A stretch of 64,000 nucleotides of DNA, from NCBI RefSeq assembly GCF_026571515.1, contig NW_026865263.1, positions 62,001 through 126,000 on the forward strand, given 5' to 3'. Every line of letters begins with the position of its first letter. Position 1 is the first letter of the stretch. The position numbers were made by a program, and so were the translations under genes. The stretch comes from Ruditapes philippinarum (lineage: Eukaryota). Shown one piece after another: positions 13,123 to 24,223 of this stretch. Under the pieces are notes generated by a model. That model did not search any database, had not been told where the DNA came from, and worked only from the letters and a program-made list of their open reading frames with translations.

Positions 13123-14621
13123 CATGTTGTCCAGATGGCTGGATATCGTACAAGTCACATTGTTACTTGATAGGACGCGTAAGATGTACGTTTATGGAGG
13201 CACACATAAGACAGTAAACATGTTATATAACATCTTTTTTATCTATTTAATAGTTTGATGTTATAGGAAAAATACAATTTTCCAGATCCGTTGATATTAA
13301 ATACGATCGGCAACGAACGTAACAATTTCATGAAATATTTGTGCTCATTTATAAAGATATACATGCTTTGTGTTTACTTTATTACATTTTACAGAGATAA
13401 ACGTTAAGCTTTAACCTTTTACTTAATTGAATAAAAAGTTTCCAATTACAATTTTTTACTGACATGCATTGTCATTGATAGATGCATATTTCAGTCTTTT
13501 ACAAGTCTACAACTGTACACGTGCTAAGACTGATTGCTTAATCGTGTGACAAACCAATCTTTATTTAAAATGTGTCAAAATTCATGTGTACTTATATGAC
13601 TTGATACATATTATTGAAAGTTTCTATATCATTTACCATTGCAAATATTTTCCAAAATTTACCTTATATCATTCAGAGAATTGTGAAACAGTTTATGTAT
13701 GACCACATATTTTTTGTAGTTAAAATCATCTTGCCAGTTTATGGGCTTAACAAAATTTAATAATAATTATTTTAGTACTATTGTTCGCTACGAGGTGGTC
13801 ACCTTGTCCAAATCGACGACTACTGGGAAAATAAATTTCTGAAAGATATGTTGAAAAATTTGAGAGGTAAATATATCTATATGTCTTATAGTGCCTTGCC
13901 CATACATGTGTAAAATGACACCGTGACTGGTAAGGGGTAGAGACTCTGTTTTTTCATTCGAAAAAATGTGAATTATGTAAAATTATATTACGAACAAAGA
14001 TTTGAAATTTACTAAGCTTAAGATATGACAAAAGCGCGAATTAAGCAAGACATACCTTTAATTTCACATGTATATACCATATAGTTTTCAACGAACATGT
14101 TATTGACAGAGTCAAAACTATGTACCCAGCTTTTAGTGTTTCAATTGGTCAAAGTGAATACTGATTCTTCTTTAAACTTAAGTTTCAAATATAAAAATTG
14201 ATGCTGCCATGTTGCCGATCTTAATATGCATTATAACAAAATGAATACAATAGAAAAAAAAATCAAGCAATACGCTTATTGAATTAAGGAGAGTTATTAA
14301 TTAATTGTCTTTTGCTTTAAAAAGTTCTATATACAGGTACAAAGGATATAAAAACAACTGATTACATTCAGTAAAATGATACTGTGAGCATATCATTTTA
14401 TAGTGTACGATACATAGACAGGATTGTCCGACCAAATGTCGGAGGGTATTTGGAGATGGTTTGGTACAAACAAACTCGTACAATTTTCCGACTGGGGTCG
14501 TGGACAACCGAACGACTACCGTGGAAGGGAAGATTGTATGGGATTTAGGCCACAACATAATTACTATTGGAATGATTACTATTGCTACGATAAAAATATA
14601 CCATTATGCGAGAACCCGTAG
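13123..14621 (+). pseudogene. C-type lectin pseudogene (QPN motif); exons 13123-13205, 13776-13866, 14404-14621
   Basis: Same exon structure as the 2622-7105 gene. The splice donor after 13205 reads ataag instead of gtaag, and there is an in-frame TAG at 14415-14417 in place of the conserved Trp (TGG). No signal-peptide exon found. Confidence 0.85.
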
Positions 14622-16494
14622 TAAAATAAAATGCAGTGTTAACAAAAATGCATGAAGTGATATCTTATTCTTTTTGGGAAATAAAAGTGAATTAATCTTA
14701 TTGCCGTACCTATTTGTGTAAATCTCCTTTATCATCCAAATTGCACATTACTCTTTCTTCTATTTGGATGATAGAATAACCCATCGTGAACAACGAAAAT
14801 AGAAAAACATAGTATAACACGCAATCCGTTGTAAAGATGAATACTGACCAACTCACTCTCTTACATTTATGATCATTTTTCATATTAATTGTATCTTTTC
14901 GAAGTATCGACACCTGTTGAAGTATAAAGTATTATGACTTTTAAAAAAAATATACATATTGATTCTCGTTTATTAATCTACAGACAAATAAACTCTATCT
15001 CTATAAAATAATGGCTCAAGTTAAGAAATCAGACATATAACATATTAGTTCCCAAAAGTTAATCAATCACAAATTTCTTATTTCAATTAAGAAATATTGA
15101 AACAATGAGACAGAGTTTCATCCAATCAATCAATAGTTAACTGAATTCTTATCAAAAAAGTGTTTTTTTTTACGTACACATATATATTTATATATATATT
15201 ATGTTTCTTAATATTTTAAAAAAAAAACAAAGAAAAAGACAACCCGACTGAGAAAAACATTTATGAAGATTATTCTAATTACAGCTATGCATTCAAAATT
15301 CGAGGTAAAATATTTAGACTTAAACGTTTGTCTTGAGGGACGTTGCACCTTTCCGTTATCTCTCATGAACAGACTCACCCATTTAGTGTTGAATATTTAC
15401 CTCTTAAGCAGGTGCTATGGGCGTGAGGGAAGTTGCACATTTCCATTATACCTCATGAACATTCTCAATCCAACCGAGTCTGTAATGTTCATGTTATTTT
15501 CTTGCTTCTATTGCTTCCAATACAAATTTTAACCATTCATGTACTGGTGCAATCAAACTAAGCCTTCAGCTTTTTGACGTTTTTGGGCCATCTTTAGACA
15601 ATTTCTTTTTCTCTATTAAGTTTGCAATATAAATGACATCAAAATGTTGAAAATCAAACTACCAAAAAACGGATCCTTCACTTTTATTAAATTATGACAA
15701 ACGATCATAATATTCTGTTGTCGAAAGATGTTGCAACAGATGTTTTACGGAACTCGGCAAATGTGGGGATTTCCATGCTAATCCCTCGGTGTAAACAAAC
15801 TTTTACCGTTATAGCTTCACAGTGCACTATCGGTCACAATATATTAGTTAACCTGTTGCACTTAATTTCGAAGGTTTGTTTGGACCCCTGAATTAGCTGG
15901 TAATGTTCAAATATTATTTATTTAGACGGGCTTTTGGACATTAGTGGAGCTCCTTTTAAATTGACCAAAGTGCTATTTAAATACATTGAAATGTATTATA
16001 TGATGCTGATAATGTATTTTTGTTTGAAAAAGACACAGTGCATTGTAATTCAGATATAAAAATTCTTCATTATAAACTAGAAGCAAAATAGTGCACGTAT
16101 AAAAATTTGATCGCAATAAAAAAACGGAGATGTAAATGGAGTTCAACTGCAACATAAAATTACATAACACCTTCAAAACGTAACCTCCTAAAACAAACTG
16201 CAAATAATAATTTAAGAATTTATTCTATAACATATCTTGTACAATAAGATAGAGGCATAAAGTCTTGATCATATTTTGTACGTTTATGCATAAGGATTTA
16301 TTACAGAAGATTAATATTGGTTACATTTTTAATTACATGTATTTACATCCATGGTAAAATGAATATTGCCACTTCATTATAAAGTTTTGATACACAGACA
16401 AAGTTAAATTTTACAATCACATTATACACAATGTAGGAAAATTATTGAAATAAAGTACGGTCTAGATGCGTAAATAATAATTAAATTTTCTTTC

Positions 16495-17040
16495 TCAGCA
16501 TTTATTTAGAATAGCATCATTATACCCTTCTTTCAGTTTTGAGATCATAAATTCTAGAACTAGACGCCATGAATTTGCAACTTCCTGAGTAAATTTTATG
16601 TTAAGTTCTTTTTCAAACACAAATAACATTGCTGTTATAAACAGATCAAAATATTGTACGTTAAATCCGGTATAGTGAATATGCTGTTGTCCGAGTCCAA
16701 ATAACAATGACGTCATTGCCGTATCAAGGTCATTGACATTATCCACAGCAGCACCAACTGCTTGCATGAACCGAGAAGCATGACCACGGAAGTGGGTGTC
16801 ACGCATTAATTCCTCGCCAGTACAATCCCTGAAAGGAAATATCTGCTTAATTTCTGGTTTCAAAGAAAAGATTTTTAGAAATATTTTCGCCCCAATTCCT
16901 GGCATATCCTTGGATAGAATTTTCCACGTCTTCTTCACATTACGTTTATCATAATCATTCACGATACGCCTGTCGTTCATGCCCAGTTTGCCGTTATGTT
17001 TGTGACCAATAGTAACACTTCTTGATGGAGAGCACCCCAT
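16495..17040 (-). CDS. Globin (neuroglobin/globin X-like), 181 aa, predicted N-acylated and membrane-associated, single coding exon
   Basis: A-helix KKTWKIL, CD1 Phe in IFPF, distal His in FRGHASRF, proximal His in LGQQHIHY, H-helix ANSW; N-terminus MGCSPS fits MGxxxS myristoylation plus Cys3 palmitoylation. Confidence 0.93.
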   Translation of the reverse strand: MGCSPSRSVTIGHKHNGKLGMNDRRIVNDYDKRNVKKTWKILSKDMPGIGAKIFLKIFSLKPEIKQIFPFRDCTGEELMRDTHFRGHASRFMQAVGAAVDNVNDLDTAMTSLLFGLGQQHIHYTGFNVQYFDLFITAMLFVFEKELNIKFTQEVANSWRLVLEFMISKLKEGYNDAILNKC

Positions 17041-17884
17041 ATTTACATAAAATTCGTTTGTTGTCTCTTTTAATATTATTTCTTAAAAAAGGTTAAATTT
17101 CAGATATTTGAATTTACTGAAAAGTCTTTTTTCATTGTTTTCTATGTGTCGTTTAGTAACACCTTTAAATCTTTTTAACACCACAATTCAACATTACTCT
17201 TCAAGCTAGTTATCATTTTACATATCGTATTTCAACACATTAATTTGTTCGTCAATAAAATATTCAAAATTGTTTACTTCTTAAAAGCCCCACATTTTTC
17301 TGGATTAACATAGCCACTTTGAATGTTCCCCACTATTTCCCTACCGTTTCTGAATGATAAAAAATAACAATATTCCATATTTATTTCCGAGACAAAAACA
17401 ACAACACATTTTTATCATTTAAAATTGTCGTCATCCACGAAGTAACAATGAAAATAATAGAGCAGAATATACTCTAATGGTAATGCCTAATGAATGGTCA
17501 TATGTGATTTGTGTTTACTATATCATGTCAGCGATGTTTCTATCTTGTAACTAATGGCTCATTTACATCACAATAAGTCCTCGTTACAACAGTAATGTTA
17601 GTGAATACTTCGTTAAAAATAGTCAATACATCAGTAGTTAACATAATTATACCCTAGTATTATAGTAGTTACTCGACGGGAAACATTTATTGGGTGCAAA
17701 CAAAACTACTAGTATTAAGGTGTCAATTTGAAGGTATGTTCAATAGAAAAAAGTTACTAGATATATCAATGTGATATAAGAATCGAAACCCATTTCCCAG
17801 TTAAGAATTATTCATTTATTCGTTTTTGGTGCCCTTTTAGGTCAGTCAAAAACTTTGAATTTAAACTCCGAGTTGTTCGTACAG

Positions 17885-18145
17885 GCGTCCGGGCCGAGTG
17901 GTTAAGGCTGTGGTCTTCAGATCATTTGCCCTCACCACTGTTGGTCCGAATCCCGACAGAGACTTTGGACTCTTTCATATGAGGAAGTTATCCAGATACT
18001 TTATGGAATGTTGGTGGTTCTACTCAGGTGCCCGTTTGTGCCTGAAATATAGCAAGGAAGGACATCTGAGGTTTCCTCCAATAGTAAAGCTGGAAAGTCG
18101 CCTCATGATCTCTATACTGTATTGGTGCGTCATAAAACCCAACCA
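17885..18145 (+). mobile_element. tRNA-derived SINE copy
   Basis: A-box-like GGCCGAGTGGTTAAGG, B-box-like GGTCCGAATCC, body shared with the 1575-1848 and 34815-35040 copies. Confidence 0.75.
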
Positions 18146-19332
18146 TGAAAAAGTGTTCGTTTTTTGGATATAAATGATATTGGAACATATATATGTGTAA
18201 CAATCAATATTAGTACACAAACACATGTGTTAATAATGCCCTTGCAAATACCTTCAATAACCTCAATCATAATGTAGCCGAATATGTTGAATAATATCAT
18301 CTGATTTCAAGCTAGATTAAAGGAAATCTGCAGATTCATTTTGGAGACAATAGTGCCTTAAGGGCACTCGATTTTTTCTCTCTAAAAAGCCTGAAAGTTA
18401 CATTATACACCTCTAAGAGGTTTTCGCATGACCCAAAACACAACTATAGTACCGTGTTCATATTATTTAATGTAATCAAAAATGATATCCATTGAGTATA
18501 TCCAGGAGAAAATCTAACAAAGCATAGACAAGTAAGTTTAAAATGAATTTATGGTTGTTTAACTGTGTAGAAGGCTATAAACGTGTAGACAGACTTTCAA
18601 CTCCGTTCCTGGAACCAACCAGCACCGAGCAATCAGTGTAAAGTTCAAGCCCCGTCTTTGGCAACAACTCAAAGACGCAACGGCTTGCCCTAGACATGGT
18701 TTAACTATAGGCGGTCAGGGAACCTGAGATTACTTTCCGATGCGTTCATCACTTTGCCACGCCGTCATTCGTTTTTTTAAATGCTCTTTTTAAATGATCA
18801 CGGTAAAAGTATTATAATTTCATTCCATTTCATGTGTTGTCAAAACGCAAAAGAAGAATAACTTTAACTGTACTAATTGTAAAAACGCAAAAGAAGCAAC
18901 AGATGTCTCAACTTTATTATCGATGAGTAACGTTTGGGAAACTATAAGAGGACATCAAAAGTAAAAAAAAATGAAGAAACAAAAATAACATTTTTAGACT
19001 TAACGAGCCTTCAACATACAAGTGCTGTGCCATGGAAATCCATGAAATCCAAGAATTTTTCTATGAATATTTATGGCATAAAATAATTTTGTTTTTATAT
19101 GGGATTATATCATTGAGGTATAAAAAAGCAATCACAGAGAAGAACGAATGGCGTTTTTGAATATATGGTTTATGTGAAATACCAATACATCGGTTAATAT
19201 TTTCAATCAGGAAGAGAATATCACCCGTTTTATGTACATGGATCTGTGCGCATGACCGTTAAGAAAATGTGGTAATCTGCTATGTAAGCATAGCTATCAT
19301 ACACCGTTTCATAAGGTTAATTTATTGTCAAA

Positions 19333-22300
19333 ATGAATTTAAAGACGGGGCAAATAATGTGTATAATTGTATGTTTTGTCGCTATTTTTGTTGGAGTTCT
19401 GACAGGTAATCTAAAAAAATAATTTAATACTTTATTAACATTATTTAAATTTTAAAAGTTTGTTCTATCAAAAAAGTGTTTCAAACTAAATCTTTGGACA
19501 GCCAATGTTTTCAAACATTAATTTTAAATGAAAAAAAAAACATAACCATAATTCAAACAAGATAAAAACAAAAAGTATAACACTTGTGTAGCTATCAAAT
19601 GAGTTGCCCCATTATTTTATTACTTTTGATAAACTCCTCTGTTTTATCAGATACTACTCTTTTAGCATTCAAGTAACAATAAAGTTCAAAGACAAAGAAA
19701 TGTGCACTTATTATATTGATATGCAATTAAAATACGCAGGGTGCTTTCATTAATTGAATTTTATCCATGGTATCGTTTATGTGTTAAAATGTCTTAATGT
19801 TTTTACTGATGATTCTCAATTCGACATGTTATTTTTTAACTAAAACTGTATATTGAATATTGCTGTCAGAATGAGATGACCCGTATCTAATTATTATTTA
19901 TTTAAGATGCGACCTCAACAAACTGCTTCAGCTCGGCTACAGGTATTTATTTCGTTTTGCTCTTAATTTCTCCAAGAAAGACAAAAAAAATAAATAAAAA
20001 AATACAAATTTTTATATAACATATTGATAAATAGAGAAATGTATTATGAGCCGTGTGCATTGTTAATATCAGAAACATACGTGTACAAAATTCAGTTACA
20101 TAACAAAACTTAATCTAAGTTTTCTTATATCAGATGTTAAATACCTTTTAAGTTTCAAAGTATTCTAGTTTACTAGCACTGCATAACGTATTGGAAGAGT
20201 GAAATTTAAAACAGTTAAAAGTGCACATTAAGTTAATGTATTAGAATGACAATATTATGTACTCGTATTAGCTAAAGATCTTATTAATTTTCCACTCAAC
20301 AAATGTTCTAAGTACTGCAATCTTTCAAAAATATGTGTATCTACTGAACGAAACCCCGAAAGCGCATGTTTTTGTATCATTTTAAAACTTTTAGAATTAA
20401 AAATCAAAATGCACCATCGAAGCACTCCTTTTGTCTAACGTAAATCTGAAATAAACGAAATGAAATTTTTTTTTCCCTTGCAAAAAAATTTCGGTTTTAT
20501 TTTGGAAAAAAATTTTGATGTACTATTAGTTATCCCCAAAAAACGGTTTTGTTTGGTCGACCGCCCGGTTTTAAAAACCGCCCTTTTAAAAGGAAAAAAA
20601 ACCAGGAAATGAAAAAAATTTCTTAAATTGTTTAGTCCATAATCTAAAAAAACCCCAATTTCATTTTCAGACCCTATGCCAAAAAGCACAAATTCCTGAA
20701 ATTTTCCCAAAGTATCATCAAAGAAACCATTTTTTCTTTGGGTAACCCCAAAAAATCACCCTTGGGCATTTTGTGACGTTTACTCAATTTAAAATCTAAT
20801 GGTACAGAATAAACCCATGAGGCAAAAAAAAAAAAAGTTGTCCGAGCATGTACATGTGTGGAACAAAGTTTCCTATCTGGATGAACGGTAAAAATACTGA
20901 TAAGTATTCTATATTTTAAAATGTATTCAACCAGTTCGATTAAAATGTACATTTGTAGATGTAACATTTTAAGTAAACAAAGAAGCAGGTTTTTTTTGTT
21001 TAAAAATCCCGTAAAACCAGAAAATTTGTGAGACAAATTTTTGATTGAATTTTTGTTGTTATATCTGAAATAAAGTAAATAAAAAAGGTTTTATAATATT
21101 AACTATTGGTTTTTTCCTTTATATTCCCTGATTACACGTCGTTTCTAGGGCAGAACCCAAAACCCGGGGGAAAAGGGGGGTGGTGAATCGTAAATTCCCC
21201 GTTGGGAAGAGATTTTGACATTTTTTGTTCCCGAGGACGCTAAATTAAAAAGCTGTCATTGTGTTTCAGTTTTATGGCTTATTGTTTTTGTTGGGCCTGC
21301 CTTTGTTGCCATCAAAAAATTTTTTTTTGGGAATCGTATTTTGTTTATACTTAAATTTTTAAAAAAGTTTTGTCTTGATAGATTTCTTAAACAATTTGTA
21401 TCTTGGAATGAAAGATGTTGACAGCGTTACATCTTTTTTGATAGACCCTATTTAAAACATTTGTGTATTATTTCTTGCCCCTCTTAAAAGTTTAGCTTAA
21501 AATTCAAAATAGTTTCCTTTTGGGCCTTTTTGTTGAATTTTCAAGGGGTTTTGAAACAATGATCTTTTTTTCTTCTTTAAAATTTTAAAAAAAAAGGGGC
21601 AACCGCGGTTAGAGGGAAAATAAAATTTCCAACAGAATTTCAAATAATTACGATCAAAAATTTTTATTCATTTTTAAAGATAACAAAAGACATCTACCAC
21701 TTTAACAACCCCGCAAAAAGATTTAAAATTTAAAAGACCTTAACAAATACCCCGCGAAAGATTCAACCCAAAACCAAATTTTCCCGCAGGAACGGACTCG
21801 TAAAACAAAGGAACACCCCAAATTTCAACCAGACAGAAAACAAACTACAAGTCCGGGGTCTGAAGACTCAGGGACAGTTTTTAGAAAAAAGGTAAACCTT
21901 ACTTATAAAAATTTTGTAAATTTTCACCGGGGTGATCTTCCCTTTAAAAACCATGATTGAAAAAAAAATTGAACAATTTTGCCTCGTTTTCATTTTTCCC
22001 CAGTCAAAAAATTTAAAATTAAACCATATTCACTCTTTCTAGCCCCCGTTTTCATCTTCCCATCCGAAAATTTCCATTTGTAAATCCATATTGGGATCGA
22101 TTAAAAATGTTATTTTTGAAGAAAAATTTATGCGAAATTTTTCCCTTGTTGGTTTCCCCTACTGATTCTAAATTGGGCTTTTACAAAAGCTTCAACACCT
22201 TAAAAAAAATGGGTTTTAAAAACTTAATTTATAAGAGGGGTTAGTAAGATCCCTAGTGCTTTTCTGTTTTTTTTGTTGTGGGGGGTAGGTAATGCTTTTG

Positions 22301-24223
22301 AATTTAAAAAGTGTGCATTAGGTGAAAATGGGGTTTTTTTCCTTAAAGCCAATTCACTACATCAAATATTTTGGGGATTTCCCTGAAGTGTTGCAATAAG
22401 TTAAGAGTTTCAAATAAAAAATTTAAAAAAAAAACCTAGGTTACATGTCTACGGGAGACTTTTAAAGTTTAAAATTTTCTTTCAAAAAAAACCATTTCCG
22501 GGCTGATTTTTCGAATGCATTAAACGAGATGTGGGGATGTTAAAATTTATTAATTTTTTTAATTTTAATGTTGATCAGTATTTATAAATGGATTTTTCCA
22601 AATTTCCCGTTTTGGGGAATCAAATTTTCTCAAAATGAAATTTGGGGAACCAAAAAAGGATCGTTTAAATCAGGGGTTAAAAAAATGTCTCCTTTTAGTC
22701 TCGAAAGGGAATGAAAATAGTAAACCAAAGGGCCCTTTTTAAATTTTAAAACCAAATTGTTTTTTTATGAAATCAAACAATATATTTTACTTGGGATGGC
22801 AAACTAGAGAAAATCGATTCAAACTTTTCCAAAAACCAAAAAAAATGTTTTTGATTGAAAGAAAACTAACTTATGATTATATTGATAAAATTTTAAAAAA
22901 TAGGGATATTCAAGTTTTTTCTAAAAAAATACATGATTTATTTTTATCGAGGGTATGAAAATAAATTTTTCATGAGTGGGGGACCACGAGTGAAATATGG
23001 TTTTTTTCATGCCACAAGATAAGTATATAATAAAGTAATTTATCAAGAACAAGACGTTAATGTTTACTTTTTTGGTTTCTGTCGTATTTTAAACTTTTGT
23101 ATAGTGTCTTTTTCTCTGACCCTAACACCATGTGTTGTATATGTACAGGTATGTACTGTGTATCATTCGCTACCTTGTTGTACAACGTACACTATTTTGC
23201 TATTGTATTGCGTACATCGGTTTGAAAAGTTTTGTGTGTATTTGGTCCGGTGGTCTAGATTTACATTATAATTATCTTTACGAGATTATTTCAAATGTAA
23301 TGGGCACTAGTGAATTATACGTCATGCTTTTGTTCGTCATGTGGTTATCATTAATTATTAAAAAAATCTTTAAAAAGCATTTACAAACAAAAAAAAACAT
23401 ATTAAAATTTTTTTTAATTTAAACCCCTACTGTGATAATTTTGATTTAATCATCTTTTCAGCAGACGAGAACAATACTACCCAGTTAACTATAGCAGTAT
23501 CAGTGATTGGTTTAATGATAGCAGTAATCTGTGGCTTACTGATCGTTATCAGTCACCGGAGGCGGTAAGTAATCTTTTATTGTTTTAATTTCATAATATT
23601 AAAGCTATTCTTCTTACAATTAGATAATAATCACATAATAATGATATTGAACAAGACGTACATAACTAAAAACATAACATAACTAAAGTTAATCATGATT
23701 AGCAAACACAGTTAACAAAAGACTTTATAACAATATTAAAACTAAAGCATATTAAATAACAACAGCGAATTAAGGAGGTAATGTGAATAAGCTCGACCAG
23801 ATGTAACATTGTTTTTGAAATTCGAGACTCGATATCGTCATATATTTGGTAATTTTACAAGTCACGGGCCAAAACCATTTATAAAGGCTTTCCAATTTAC
23901 TACCAGGCAACCGTATTTTTAAACGGAAATGATTCGAACTATGACCAAGCTTAAAAGAACCAATGTTAAAACATAATCTTAGATTTATTTGCAAAAAAAA
24001 AATGTCTCATTTAGTTTGCAATATTCAATATCCATCCAATACGCGAAAGAAGGGCCACAGCTCATTTTAATTGATAAGATTGTTATCCTGTTCATTTTGA
24101 ATTATTTACAGAGTGACAAAGGTAAATGGTGAAACTGAGAAGGAACACGAGTATGAAACAACAAAGATTCCAGTTGTTAATGAGAATGTTTATTACGTCA
24201 TTACTCCCGATACTCTAGATTAA
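19333..24223 (+). CDS. Small type-I transmembrane protein (signal peptide, ectodomain, TM, Tyr-motif tail); identifiable exons 19333-19405, 19907-19942, 23462-23564, 24112-24223; middle exons probably in the garbled segment
   Basis: MNLKTGQIMCIIVCFVAIFVGVLT (signal-like, GT donor); DATSTNCFSSAT; DENNTTQLTIAVSVIGLMIAVICGLLIVISHRRR (TM plus basic stop-transfer); VTKVNGETEKEHEYETTKIPVVNENVYYVITPDTLD*. Splice phases are compatible. The TM and tail exons are firmer than the link to the 5' exons. Confidence 0.65.
20420..22960. other. Probable low-quality or unpolished assembly segment
   Basis: Abrupt excess of homopolymer runs of all four bases (cccc, gggg, aaaaa, ttttt) not seen in the flanks. 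Confidence 0.75.

Noticed and set aside
14415-14417. Stop-codon recoding (pyrrolysine or readthrough) at the lectin TAG
   Set aside because: It is a single TGG-to-TAG change at a conserved Trp and co-occurs with a broken splice donor; pseudogenisation is the simpler explanation.
20435-21421. Lys/Phe-rich ORFs of 68-120 aa
   Set aside because: Products of the homopolymer-rich garbled segment.
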